Virus record (IMG/VR): IMGVR_UViG_2898799289_000011 | DNA from: an uncultured virus (IMG/VR IMGVR_UViG_2898799289_000011) | Taxonomy: Duplodnaviria > Heunggongvirae > Uroviricota > Caudoviricetes | Reading direction: 5' to 3' (one strand) | DNA: 64,000 nt | Shown here: positions 18,307 to 28,154 of the stretch, one piece after another | Numbering within the stretch: the first letter of the stretch is position 1 | Layout of the letters: each line of letters begins with the position of its first letter | Made by a program: the position numbers and the translations under genes | Notes under the pieces: model-generated | What the model saw: only the letters and a program-made list of their open reading frames with translations | Told to the model about the DNA's origin: nothing | Database searches by the model: none

Positions 18307-20340
18307 ATGCCCGACACGATCATGGCGGCCCCGGTCGCCCTGCCGATGCAGCTGCGGCGCGCGCCCATTCTGCCCGCGACCGTCAATACCGAGTCGCGCT
18401 CGGTCGACGTGGTCTTCACCACTGGCGCGGCCGTCCGGCGGCGGCGGTGGACCGGCTGGGACACCTCTGTTCCCTTCGACGAGATCCTCGAGGTCAGCGA
18501 CCGGGCGGTAGATCTGACGCGCCTCAATGCCGGCGCCCCTGCGCTCGACAGCCATTCCGTCTGGTCCTCGCATTCGCAGGTGGGGGTCGTCGAGCGCGCC
18601 TGGATCGAGGGCAAGGAAGGCAAGGCCACCATCCGGTTCCCCCGCGAGGGGCTCGACCAGGCCGCCGACCGCATGTTCGGCCTGATTAGCGACGGGATCA
18701 TCCGCAACGTCTCGGTCGGCTATTCCATCGAGCGGGTGAAAGTGGTCGAGCCCGCCGCGAAGGGCGATGTCGAGCAGCGCATCGTCGAACGCTGGACCGC
18801 GCTCGAGGTCAGCTTCGTGACCGTTCCCGCCGATCCCCGCGCGCAGGTGCGTGCGGCGGATCAGGCCAGCTATCCCGTCGAGATCGTCGACAACCGCATG
18901 CAAAAGGAGGCACCCATGCCTGAGAGCACGACCACCGTGGCCGGGGATGTCCCCGCCAGCCGTGAGACCCGCCAGCAGCCCATTTCGGCACCGGCGAACC
19001 CCGAGCCGACCGGCGCGCGGATGCCGGAACCGGCTCCTGCGCCCGACAGCGAGGCCATCGCCACCCGTGCCCGCGAGGCCGAGCGCGACCGCGTCTCGAC
19101 CATCTACGATCTGACCAGCCGTCTGAACCTCGAGCGCGGCTTTGCCGAGGATCTGGTCAAGCGCGGCGTCAGCGTGGACGAGTCCCGCCGCCTGATCCTC
19201 GACCAGGTCGCTGCGACGTCCGACGAGAACCGGACCTTCCCGCATGTCTCCGTTCCCCTCGGCGGCCGGGACGAGCGCATCACCCGCCGCGATGCCGTGG
19301 CGAACGCGCTGCTGCACCGCTACAGCCCGACGCTCTTTCCGCTGGAAGACGCCGCGCGCCAGTATCGCGGCATGACGCTGCTGGAACTCGCCCGCGAGAG
19401 CCTCGGCAATGCCGGGGTCAACACGCGCGGCCTCTCGCGCGACGAGGTGGCGACCCGCGCCCTGCATTCGACCTCGGACTTCCCCGAGATCCTGTCGGCC
19501 GTCACCAACAAGACCCTTCGCCAGGCCTATGACGCCTATCCCCGCACCTTTGCGCTCTTCTGCCGTCAGGTGCTGGCGACCGACTTCAAGTCGATGCACC
19601 GGGTGCAACTGGGCGAGGCGCCGCAACTCCTCGAAGTGGGCGAAAGCGGCGAGTTCAAACGCGGCACCCTCGGCGAGAGCAAGGAGAGCTACAAGGTCAA
19701 GACCTATGGCCGGGTCGTGGCCATCACCCGGCAGGTGCTGATCAACGACGATCTGGATGCCTTCACCCGGATCCCGGCGATGTACGGCAACTCCATCGCG
19801 CAGCTGGAAAGCGACGTCGTCTGGGGCATCATCACCGCGAACCCGGCAATGGCCGACGGCAACGCGCTGTTCCACACCACCCACAAGAACCTCGCCGCGA
19901 CGGGCGCTGCGCTGGATGTGGCGAGCGTAGGGGCGGCCCGTGCGGCGATGGCGCTGCAGACGGGCCTCGACAAGAAGACGGTGCTGAACATTCGTCCGGC
20001 TTTCCTGATCGTCCCGGCCGCGCTGGAACTGAAGGCCGAGCAACTGGTCGCCCAGAACCTCGTCCCTGCCGACAGTGCCAAGGTGGTGCCGCAGTCGATC
20101 CGCACGCTGTCGCCGATCAGCGAGCCGCGCCTCGACGCGGCGAGCGCCACCTCCTGGTATCTGGCGGCGAGCCCCAACCAGATCGACACCATCGAGTACG
20201 CCTATCTGGAAGGTCAGCAGGGCGCCTACATCGAGACCCGCAACGGCTTCGACGTCGACGGGGTCGAGATCAAGTGCCGCCTCGACTTCGGCGCCAAGGC
20301 CATCGACTGGCGCGGCCTCTACAAGAACCCGGGCGCGTAA
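18307..20340 (+). CDS. Prohead protease-scaffold-major capsid fusion
   Basis: LDSH, NVSVGY, EVSFVTVPAD (protease); HSTSDF..RLDFGAKAIDWRG (capsid). Confidence 0.92.
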   Translation: MPDTIMAAPVALPMQLRRAPILPATVNTESRSVDVVFTTGAAVRRRRWTGWDTSVPFDEILEVSDRAVDLTRLNAGAPALDSHSVWSSHSQVGVVERAWIEGKEGKATIRFPREGLDQAADRMFGLISDGIIRNVSVGYSIERVKVVEPAAKGDVEQRIVERWTALEVSFVTVPADPRAQVRAADQASYPVEIVDNRMQKEAPMPESTTTVAGDVPASRETRQQPISAPANPEPTGARMPEPAPAPDSEAIATRAREAERDRVSTIYDLTSRLNLERGFAEDLVKRGVSVDESRRLILDQVAATSDENRTFPHVSVPLGGRDERITRRDAVANALLHRYSPTLFPLEDAARQYRGMTLLELARESLGNAGVNTRGLSRDEVATRALHSTSDFPEILSAVTNKTLRQAYDAYPRTFALFCRQVLATDFKSMHRVQLGEAPQLLEVGESGEFKRGTLGESKESYKVKTYGRVVAITRQVLINDDLDAFTRIPAMYGNSIAQLESDVVWGIITANPAMADGNALFHTTHKNLAATGAALDVASVGAARAAMALQTGLDKKTVLNIRPAFLIVPAALELKAEQLVAQNLVPADSAKVVPQSIRTLSPISEPRLDAASATSWYLAASPNQIDTIEYAYLEGQQGAYIETRNGFDVDGVEIKCRLDFGAKAIDWRGLYKNPGA

Positions 20341-20368
20341 CCGCCACCCCATGCCGAACCCTGACATG

Positions 20369-20391
20369 CGGGCGGTCCTGACGGGCCGCCC
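20369..20391 (+). terminator. Hairpin after the capsid gene
   Basis: GGGCGGTC...GGCCGCCC followed by TTCGTCT. Confidence 0.45.
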
Positions 20392-20417
20392 TTCGTCTGT
20401 CCACGAGGATCCTCCCC

Positions 20418-20753
20418 ATGAAAACCTACGTCCAGCCCGGCAATACCATCACCCTGACCGCGCCCTATGCCGTCGCTCCCGGGGATGGCCTGCTCGTCGG
20501 CTCCATCTTCGGCGTGGCCTCCGGCACCGGCGCTCTCGGCGAATCTGTCGAAGCCGCGCTCGTCGGCGTCTACGAGCTGAAGAAGCTCGGCTCCCAGGCT
20601 TGGGCCGTCGGCGACCGCATCTATTGGGACAACACCGCCCGTCAGACCACCAAGGTCACCACCTCGAACACGCTAATTGGCGTGGCGACCGAGGTGGTGG
20701 CGGGTGGCGCGGGCGATGTGGTCGGCCGGGTGCGGCTGAACGGCACCTTCTGA
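20418..20753 (+). CDS. DUF2190 capsid cement/decoration protein
   Basis: MKTYVQPG..GDRIYWD..VRLNG; follows the capsid gene. Confidence 0.85.
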   Translation: MKTYVQPGNTITLTAPYAVAPGDGLLVGSIFGVASGTGALGESVEAALVGVYELKKLGSQAWAVGDRIYWDNTARQTTKVTTSNTLIGVATEVVAGGAGDVVGRVRLNGTF

Positions 20754-21064
20754 TGAGCGGCTTTGCCGCCGCCGTGGGTGCGCTCTTCGCCGATCCCAAC
20801 ATCGGGCGGGACGCGGTCTACATCGCCGACGGTTGTGCGCCGGTCCTGGTGCGCGTCGTTGCCCGGCGTGCCGATGCGGTCACCGACTTCGGTGACGCGC
20901 GGCTCTGGTCCGAAACCACCCGCGTCGACCTGCGGGTGGCGGAGGTGCCGAACCCCCGCCCCGGCGACCGCATCGAGATCGAGGGCGTCGCCTTCCTCAT
21001 CCAGGGCGAGCCCGTCCGCGACCGCGAGCGGCTGGTCTGGACTGTCGACCTGCGCCCCGCGTGA
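20753..21064 (+). CDS. Head-tail joining protein
   Basis: TGATG overlap; MSGFAAAV..PRPGDRIEI. Confidence 0.75.
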   Translation: MSGFAAAVGALFADPNIGRDAVYIADGCAPVLVRVVARRADAVTDFGDARLWSETTRVDLRVAEVPNPRPGDRIEIEGVAFLIQGEPVRDRERLVWTVDLRPA

Positions 21065-21714
21065 CCGCGATGAAGCTCAAGCTCGACATCGATCCTGACA
21101 TCGTCGAGATGATGGCCGCCGAGGTCGCGGCGGGTGAGCGCGCCGTATCGGCTGCAATCCGCGAGGCCGGGACAGGGCTGAAGACCGCGTGGCGGTTGCA
21201 GATCACCGGCGCGGGGCTAGGGGCCCGGCTGGCCCGCACCATCCGGTCGGAGCAGTTCCCGAAGGCCACGCCCAGCCTCAACGCGGCGGCCGTGGTTTGG
21301 TCCAACGCCCCCGTCATCGTCGGCGCGCATGACACCGGCCCGCTGATCCGCTCGAAAAACGGGTTCTGGCTGGCAATTCCCACGTCTGCGGCGGGCAAGT
21401 CCCTCCGCGGTGGACGCATAACCCCCGGCGAATGGGAACGCCGCACCGGCCTGCGCCTGCGGTTCATCTATCGCCGCCGGGGGCCAAGCCTGCTGGTGGC
21501 CGAGGGGCGGCTGAACACCAAGGGCCGTGCCGTGGCGTCACGGTCGAAGACCGGTCGGGGTGTCGTCACCGCGCCGATCTTCTTGCTGGTGCCGCAGGTC
21601 AAGCTGCCGAAGCGGCTGGACCTGGCACGGGATGCGCAGCGAGCGCATGATGCCGTGCCGGGGCTGATCGTGGCGAACTGGGTGGAGAGTAAGGTGGGCC
21701 CCGGTGGTCCTTGA
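21061..21714 (+). CDS. Neck/tail completion protein (DUF6441-like)
   Basis: Basic protein in the head-tail cluster; PQVKLPKRLDL. Confidence 0.75.
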   Translation: MTAMKLKLDIDPDIVEMMAAEVAAGERAVSAAIREAGTGLKTAWRLQITGAGLGARLARTIRSEQFPKATPSLNAAAVVWSNAPVIVGAHDTGPLIRSKNGFWLAIPTSAAGKSLRGGRITPGEWERRTGLRLRFIYRRRGPSLLVAEGRLNTKGRAVASRSKTGRGVVTAPIFLLVPQVKLPKRLDLARDAQRAHDAVPGLIVANWVESKVGPGGP

Positions 21715-21899
21715 TTGCGGTTCTGACGGTTCGACGTGCGTCCCAATGACCTGCTTGCGCTTTGGCGCCTTTCGGTGAAAAGTCGGTTTGTCAGAAGGTT
21801 CTAGGGCGTCGCCATACTGTCCAGCTTGCGTTCTGACGAAGTGTTCTATATTTGTTCTGTGCCATTCACTGGAAACATGGCGCGGGAAGGAGGGGGATA

Positions 21900-22808
21900 A
21901 TGCAGCTTGAGTTACAGGCCGAAGACTTTTCCGATCGCGCCGTCTCGCCGTTCCATGAACTGGGTGCTTACGAAGCACTCTGGGAGGAACAGAAGGCGAG
22001 TTTCAAGTCCATCGCAGACATGTTTGCTAAGCGCAAAGGATCCTTACCGTCTGATTTCGTGGAGCGGTCGCGCGCCGTCAACTACGCCAACGATGTCCAT
22101 GCCATGCTGCGAGACGCCGGCGTTGAGCACTATGGTATTCGCATCCATGGCGCTGGCGATTACCCTGAGCGCCTTCGTGTCGCAGACCACCCAGTTGAGC
22201 TCCTGTACTTCCAGGGTTGGTGGGACCTCGTGAACTCCCCGCGGGCGGTTGCCGTGGTTGGTACGCGCAAACCCACCGACGAAGGGCTTGCGAGAACGCG
22301 CAGGCTGGTGAAGTCCCTGCTGGGCGACGACTTCACCATCGTCTCGGGGCTTGCGGCAGGGGTCGACACAGCTGCCCACACGGCTGCTATCGAGAATGGC
22401 GGCCGGACAATCGCAGTGCTGGGGACCCCGCTGTTGAAAGCATACCCAGCGGCCAATACGCGGCTCCAACGCGAGATTGCCCGCAACCACCTGCTCATCA
22501 GTCAGGTGCCGGTGAAGCGGTACAGCGCACAGAAAAATCCGGTCGCGAACAACTTCTTCTTCCCGGAGCGGAACATCACAATGTCTGCGCTTACGCAGGC
22601 CACGATCATCGTCGAGGCCGGGGAGACCTCGGGGACTCTGATCCAGGCGCGACACGCGCTTAAACAGGGGCGGAAGGTCTTCATCCTCGAGAGCAATTTC
22701 CGCAAGCCGGGGCTGAAGTGGCCCCACACATTAGAAGAACGTGGCGCGATCAGAGTGGCCGACTATGACGACATCCGCAGGCAGCTCCTTTCCGTCGCGC
22801 TTCACTAG
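21900..22808 (+). CDS. DprA/Smf-like protein (ShosA-like)
   Basis: AVVGTR, IVSGLAAGVDTAAH, FPERN, VEAGETSGTL; GGAGGGG RBS. Confidence 0.85.
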   Translation: MQLELQAEDFSDRAVSPFHELGAYEALWEEQKASFKSIADMFAKRKGSLPSDFVERSRAVNYANDVHAMLRDAGVEHYGIRIHGAGDYPERLRVADHPVELLYFQGWWDLVNSPRAVAVVGTRKPTDEGLARTRRLVKSLLGDDFTIVSGLAAGVDTAAHTAAIENGGRTIAVLGTPLLKAYPAANTRLQREIARNHLLISQVPVKRYSAQKNPVANNFFFPERNITMSALTQATIIVEAGETSGTLIQARHALKQGRKVFILESNFRKPGLKWPHTLEERGAIRVADYDDIRRQLLSVALH

Positions 22809-23448
22809 GATCGACGATCTTACCCGTGGCGACCACAATCACCTCCTGCCGGGGGATGAGTGCCTGTTCTTCGGCGACTACACGGCGCGGAAAGGATGGG
22901 CGCACAGCGCCACCAACCAGTTGATACTGAACTTCAAGATGCCAGTGAACTGGCGGGGGACGAACCGGTGGCCGCACAAGCAGCGTGCGATCCGGACAGT
23001 GGCAGATCTGTTCTCGGCCCGAATTGGCCCACGGTTCGGGGAACTCACCCTTGTCCCGGTGCCGCCGTCGAAGCTCAAGACTGACCCGGAATACGATGAC
23101 CGAATGATGGACATGCTGAGGGCGCTGAAGCCGCCCGCAGGCATCTCGGCCGATGTCAGAGAGATCGTTACTCAGACCGAACCAATTGGTGCTGCGCATG
23201 AAAGTTCCAGCCGTCCGCCGCCCGAGGCATGGGAAAGCGTGTACGAAATTGATGAGACGTTGACCGGGCAATCGCCAAGTTGGATCGGCATCGTAGATGA
23301 CCTGCTTGTGACAGGGTGCCGGTTTCGAGCCATGTCAAACGTCCTGAGCCGACGCTTTCCGAAGGCAAGGATAACTGGACTTTTCATCGCGCGGCGTGTG
23401 CCAGAAGCCATAGATTTCTCAGACTTTTTCGACCAGATTGACGACTGA
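22765..23448 (+). CDS. Phosphoribosyltransferase-like protein (ShosT-like)
   Basis: LVPVPPSK, PRPP-binding loop IVDDLLVTG; overlaps the DprA gene. Confidence 0.75.
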   Translation: MTTSAGSSFPSRFTRIDDLTRGDHNHLLPGDECLFFGDYTARKGWAHSATNQLILNFKMPVNWRGTNRWPHKQRAIRTVADLFSARIGPRFGELTLVPVPPSKLKTDPEYDDRMMDMLRALKPPAGISADVREIVTQTEPIGAAHESSSRPPPEAWESVYEIDETLTGQSPSWIGIVDDLLVTGCRFRAMSNVLSRRFPKARITGLFIARRVPEAIDFSDFFDQIDD

Positions 23449-23565
23449 AGCTCGGCTTTGAAGGCCGATAGAGCTGTGATCTGACATGGCTGACACGCGT
23501 ACAATGCCGTTGTGTCGTAGTTTTCCACGCCAAAACTCCCCTTCTGGACTGGAGCCCTTTCGGTC

Positions 23566-23985
23566 GTGCCCACCCCTCGCGAAACCATCCTCGCCGCGCT
23601 GCATGCGCGGCTCTCGGCGCTGCCCGCCACCGCCCTGCGCGGTGACGCGCTGCCCGAACGAGTCCCTGCCGCAGGCCTTCTGATCCTGCGCGACGGCGAG
23701 CCGGGCGAGCCCGAGGTGACGCTCTCGCCGCTGCGCTACCACTACCAGCACCGGGCCGAGATCGAGGCGGTCGTGCAGGGTGCTGCCCGTGACACCGCCT
23801 TCGACACCCTCTGCGCCAGTGTCGGCGCGGCTCTGGCCGCCGACCGCACGCTGGGCGGCCTCTGCGACTGGGTCGAGGCGGAAGCGCCGCGTCCGGTCGA
23901 TCTGGCCGTGGAGGGTGCCGCCAGCCTGAAGGCGGGGGTGATCCCGGTCATCCTGCACTATTCCACGGCCGATCCTCTGGCCTGA
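23566..23985 (+). CDS. Tail terminator-like protein
   Basis: Precedes tail tube; DRTLGGLCDWV. Confidence 0.75.
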   Translation: MPTPRETILAALHARLSALPATALRGDALPERVPAAGLLILRDGEPGEPEVTLSPLRYHYQHRAEIEAVVQGAARDTAFDTLCASVGAALAADRTLGGLCDWVEAEAPRPVDLAVEGAASLKAGVIPVILHYSTADPLA

Positions 23986-24009
23986 CCCCACCCACGATAG
24001 GAGAACACG

Positions 24010-24948
24010 ATGGCACGAGCCCATGGGGCGCGGGCGCAGATGGCGCTTGCGTTCGAGACCGTCTACGGCACCGCGCCTGCCACGGGCTTTCGCACAGTGC
24101 CCTTCGCGAGCACCACGCTCGGCTCCGAACAGCCGCTGATCGCCTCGGAACTGCTGGGCCAGGGGCGCGATCCCTTGGCCCCGATCAAGGACGCGGTCAC
24201 CGCCGATGGCGATGTGGTGGTGCCGATCGATGTCGAGAACCTTGGGTTGTGGCTGAAAGCGGCTTTCGGCGCGCCGGTCACCTCTGGCACCACGCCCAAG
24301 ACCCATACGTTCCAGTCGGGCAACTGGGCGCTGCCAAGCATGGCCATCGAGACGGCGATGCCCGAGGTGCCGCGCTACGCGATGTACAGCGGCTGTGTTT
24401 GCGATCAGTTGTCGTGGCAGATGGCGCGGTCAGGGTTGCTGACGGCGACAGCGCGGCTGATTGCGCAGGGCGAGAGCGTCGCGGCGGCTACGGCCGCTGG
24501 CACGCCCACTTCGCTGGCGCTGCAGCGGTTCGGACATTTCAACGGCGCGATCACGCGCAACGGCACGCCGCTCGGCAACGTCATCTCGGCCGAGGTGACC
24601 TATTCCAACGGGCTCGACCGGATCGAGACCATCCGTTCGGACGGCCGCATCGAGGGGGCCGATCCGGGCATGGCCGCCCTGACCGGCCGGGTCGAGGTGC
24701 GCTTTGCCGACACCGCGCTGATCACGCAAGCCATTGATGGCACGCCTTGCGAGCTGGTCTTTGCCTGGAGCCTCGGGGCCGACGCCAGCTTCACCTTCAC
24801 CGCCCATGCCGTCTACCTGCCGCGCCCCCGGATCGAAATCCCGGGCCCGCAGGGCATCCAGGCCACCTTCGACTGGCAGGCGGCCAAGGCCACCAGCCCC
24901 GCCCGGATGTGCACCGCCGTCCTCGTCAACACCGTCGCAACCTATTGA
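24010..24948 (+). CDS. Major tail tube protein
   Basis: AGGAG RBS; AFETVYG..PGPQGIQATFDWQA; position. Confidence 0.85.
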   Translation: MARAHGARAQMALAFETVYGTAPATGFRTVPFASTTLGSEQPLIASELLGQGRDPLAPIKDAVTADGDVVVPIDVENLGLWLKAAFGAPVTSGTTPKTHTFQSGNWALPSMAIETAMPEVPRYAMYSGCVCDQLSWQMARSGLLTATARLIAQGESVAAATAAGTPTSLALQRFGHFNGAITRNGTPLGNVISAEVTYSNGLDRIETIRSDGRIEGADPGMAALTGRVEVRFADTALITQAIDGTPCELVFAWSLGADASFTFTAHAVYLPRPRIEIPGPQGIQATFDWQAAKATSPARMCTAVLVNTVATY

Positions 24949-24959
24949 GAAGGCCCGCC

Positions 24960-25397
24960 ATGCTGACCCTCGACCTCACCAACGCGTCGCAGTGGTGCGA
25001 CCTCATCCCCGGAGTGCGTGTCCGGCTCCGCCCGCTGACCACAGCACTGATGGTGTCCGCGCGGGGCGATCCGGCGATTGCCGACCTGCCCGAGGGGTCC
25101 GCGACCGAGGAAGCCGCGCTCGCCATGGCCAAGGCATTGGCGCGGCGCGCGATCCTCGACTGGGAGGGGATTGGCGACGCCAATGGCAATCCCATCGATC
25201 CGAGCCCGGAGGCCGTTGATGCGCTTCTCGACATCTGGCCCGCATTCGAGGCGTTCCAGACTTCTTACGTCGCCAAGGCCCTCCTGCTGGACGCGGAAAA
25301 AAACGCCTCATCGCCCTTGCCGACTGGTCCTTCGGTGGGGGCGAAGGCTACTGCGCGGCCTGCGGAACAACCTGTCCCGACTGCCCCGCACGGCTGA
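24960..25397 (+). CDS. Tail assembly chaperone (gpG-like)
   Basis: Between tube and tape measure; contains slippery A-AAA-AAC at 25298-25304. Confidence 0.8.
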   Translation: MLTLDLTNASQWCDLIPGVRVRLRPLTTALMVSARGDPAIADLPEGSATEEAALAMAKALARRAILDWEGIGDANGNPIDPSPEAVDALLDIWPAFEAFQTSYVAKALLLDAEKNASSPLPTGPSVGAKATARPAEQPVPTAPHG

Positions 25398-25624
25398 ACT
25401 GGCCGCTGACGCTCGAAGGCGCGCAGGTCTGGGACCTGGCGCAGCGCCTTGGCGGGCAGATGCGCGTCATCCCTGGTGCTGTGATCGGCTGGGACATGGG
25501 GGCCGCGCTGGCCTTGGGCGCGGCCCTCGGCATCTCCCCACCCGCCATCGCCGAACTGCTGCCCGCCATCGAGGCAGTGATGGTCCGCCGCGTGAACGAA
25601 CAGATCGCGGCGAACCGCGACTGA
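25301..25624 (+). CDS. Tail chaperone -1 frameshift extension (gpT-like)
   Basis: -1 frame open from the slip site to TGA 25622-25624: RLIALADWSFGGGEGYCAAC..CPDCP..EQIAANRD. Confidence 0.75.
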   Translation, partial: KRLIALADWSFGGGEGYCAACGTTCPDCPARLNWPLTLEGAQVWDLAQRLGGQMRVIPGAVIGWDMGAALALGAALGISPPAIAELLPAIEAVMVRRVNEQIAANRD

Positions 25625-25651
25625 CCCCATTCCACCCGGAGCCCCGATCCC

Positions 25652-28093
25652 ATGGCCGAGAAACGCGTCTCCGTCCGGCTCGCCGCCGTCGGTGGCCGCC
25701 AGGTGCGCGCCGAACTGGAGGGGATCGGTGAGGCCGGTGCTCGTGGCTTTGGCCGTCTGTCCACCGAGATGGAACTGGCCAATACGCGCCTCTCCAGCTT
25801 CGCGCGCCGCGCCGGGATCGCGCTGGCGGCATTGACCGCCGCCGCAGCCGCTGCGGGCGTGGCGATGGTCCGCTCGGGGCTCGACGTCATCGGCGCGCAG
25901 GCGGACATGGCGGCCTCGCTCCGGACCACCGTCGAAAGCCTGCAGGTGCTGACATGGGCTGGCGAATTGGCCGGTGTTTCCATGGGCGAGATCGAACAGG
26001 CAACCAAGAAGCTGACCACGCGGTTGTCGGAAGCCGCCGCTGGTTCCGGATCGGCGGTTGGCGCCTTGCAACGGCTGAACCTGACGGCCGCCGAGTTGCA
26101 GGCGCTGCCGCTCGACCAGCGCATCGTTGCCATTCAGGACGCCTTGGCCCGCTATGTGCCCGAGGCCGAGCGGGCGGCCGTTGCCTCCGACCTCTTCGGC
26201 GACCGGGCGGCACTCGCCTTCCTGCGGATCGACAGCGCCACCCTGCGCGACGCCGCGCGCGATGTGCAGGACTTTGGGGTGGCCGTAAGCGCGGCCGACG
26301 CGGCACAGATCGAACGCACAGGAGATGCCATTGCCAAGCTGAGCCTGATCTGGCTGGGCCTGACCAACCGACTGACCGCCGCCGTCGCCCCGGCGCTGGA
26401 AACCGTGGCGAATGCGCTGGCGGATATGGCGCGCGGCACCGGGCCCATCGGCGGCGCGATCACGGCGGTCTTCGACAACCTCGCACGGCTTGCCACCTAT
26501 GCCGCGACATTCGCTGCCTTCATGGCGGGTCGTTGGGTGGCCGGGCTGGCCGTTGCCGCTTTGTCGGTGCGCGGCCTCGCCACCGCGCTGGTGTTCCTGC
26601 GCGGCGCGCTGATCCGCACCGGCATCGGCGCGCCGATCGTCGGCGCGGGCGAGTTGGTCTACCAGTTCTCACAGCTCGTGGACCGGGTCGGCGGCGTGGG
26701 TGAAGCGTTCCGCCTGCTGGGCGATCTTGTATCGGAGGTCTGGTCTCGGATCGGCCTGTCGCTCGACGCGATATTCGCGCGTATGGCGGCCGGGTGGGAG
26801 GGCCTGAAGGCGGCCGGTCTCTCGGCCCTTGAAGGCACCATCGCGGGCGTGGTCAGCTTCGGCGACCGGACGGCGGCGATCTTCCAGGGGGCCTATGACG
26901 TGGCGGTCGCCATCTGGGGAAGTCTGCCGGGCGCTATCGGCGATTTCGCCTTCCAGGCCGCGAACGGGCTTATCTCCGGCGTCGAGGCGATGCTGAACGG
27001 CGTCGTCACCCGCATCAACAGCTTCATCGAGACCCTGAACGCGGCCCTCGCGCTGCTGCCCGAATGGGCAACCGGCGAAGGGGGCGTGCGGATCGGCGTT
27101 CTCGATCCGGTGGAACTCGGCCGCATCGGCAATCCGTTCGAGGGTGCGGCAACGGCTGCAGGGGCTGCGGCGGCGGATGCCTTCTCGGCGGCACTATCCC
27201 GGGCCTACCTCGAGCCGCCCGACCTCGGGCTTGGCGCGATGGCAGACGATGCGCGTGGCCGGGCTGACGGTTACCGCGAAGCAGCAGGCATGCTGGCCGA
27301 TGCCGCAGGCCGTCCGCTGGCCAGTTGGCAGGCGCTGAAGGATGCCGTCACCGGCACGGGCACCGAGGCCGAGACCGCACTCGCCGATGCAGCCGCTTCT
27401 GCAGATGCCGTCACGGCCGGGCTGAACGACACCGCCACCGCCGCCGACGGCGCTAGCGGGGCCGCGCGTGACGCGGGGGCGGCTGCGGCCGAGGGCGCGG
27501 ACGCGGCGCTCTCCGGCTGGCGAGCCGTCACCGCCGCGCTGGCCGACTACGGCGCCAAGGCGCGCGACATCGGCGGGGATATCGGCAGCGCGCTGGTGGG
27601 CGCGTTTCAGAGCGCTGAGAACGCCATCGGCGACTTCGTGAAAACCGGCAAACTCGACTTCCGCGATCTGGTCACGTCGATGATCGCCGACCTTGCCAAG
27701 CTCGCCGCCCGGCGCTTCATCCTGGGCCCGATTGCGAACGCCCTCTCTGGCGCGCTGGGCGGCGCGGGTGGGATTTTCGCGAACATCCTGCATGCGGGCG
27801 GAACGGTCGGCGCCCCAGGTCCCGGCCGAATGGTCCCGGCCATGGCCTTCGCGGGCGCGCCGCGCATGCACAACGGAGGCTGGGCTGGTCTTCGGCCGGA
27901 TGAGGTGCCCGCGATCCTGCAGCGCGGGGAGCGGGTGCTCTCTCGGCGCGAGGCGGCTGGCTACGGCCAGGCGGGTGGTTCGACCGTCAACGTCACGATC
28001 AACGCCCGCGACGCCGAGAGCTTCCGCCAGTCGCGCACGCAGGTGGCGAGCGACATCGCCCGTGCCGTGTCACTGGGCCGGAGGGGGATGTGA
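25652..28093 (+). CDS. Tail tape measure protein
   Basis: 813 aa, Ala/Gly-rich helical; C-terminal EVPAILQRGERV. Confidence 0.92.
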   Translation: MAEKRVSVRLAAVGGRQVRAELEGIGEAGARGFGRLSTEMELANTRLSSFARRAGIALAALTAAAAAAGVAMVRSGLDVIGAQADMAASLRTTVESLQVLTWAGELAGVSMGEIEQATKKLTTRLSEAAAGSGSAVGALQRLNLTAAELQALPLDQRIVAIQDALARYVPEAERAAVASDLFGDRAALAFLRIDSATLRDAARDVQDFGVAVSAADAAQIERTGDAIAKLSLIWLGLTNRLTAAVAPALETVANALADMARGTGPIGGAITAVFDNLARLATYAATFAAFMAGRWVAGLAVAALSVRGLATALVFLRGALIRTGIGAPIVGAGELVYQFSQLVDRVGGVGEAFRLLGDLVSEVWSRIGLSLDAIFARMAAGWEGLKAAGLSALEGTIAGVVSFGDRTAAIFQGAYDVAVAIWGSLPGAIGDFAFQAANGLISGVEAMLNGVVTRINSFIETLNAALALLPEWATGEGGVRIGVLDPVELGRIGNPFEGAATAAGAAAADAFSAALSRAYLEPPDLGLGAMADDARGRADGYREAAGMLADAAGRPLASWQALKDAVTGTGTEAETALADAAASADAVTAGLNDTATAADGASGAARDAGAAAAEGADAALSGWRAVTAALADYGAKARDIGGDIGSALVGAFQSAENAIGDFVKTGKLDFRDLVTSMIADLAKLAARRFILGPIANALSGALGGAGGIFANILHAGGTVGAPGPGRMVPAMAFAGAPRMHNGGWAGLRPDEVPAILQRGERVLSRREAAGYGQAGGSTVNVTINARDAESFRQSRTQVASDIARAVSLGRRGM

Positions 28094-28154
28094 GTGCGAC
28101 CCCGCAAGTGGGAGTCGGTTGCGGGGACCAGAGCACGAACCAAGGAGAGTTCTG

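Noticed and set aside
18223..20367. Long antisense ORFs (also 5198-7174, 17142-18707, 38785-40230, 51659-53083, 58337-59857)
   Set aside because: Typical high-GC shadows opposite well-supported genes
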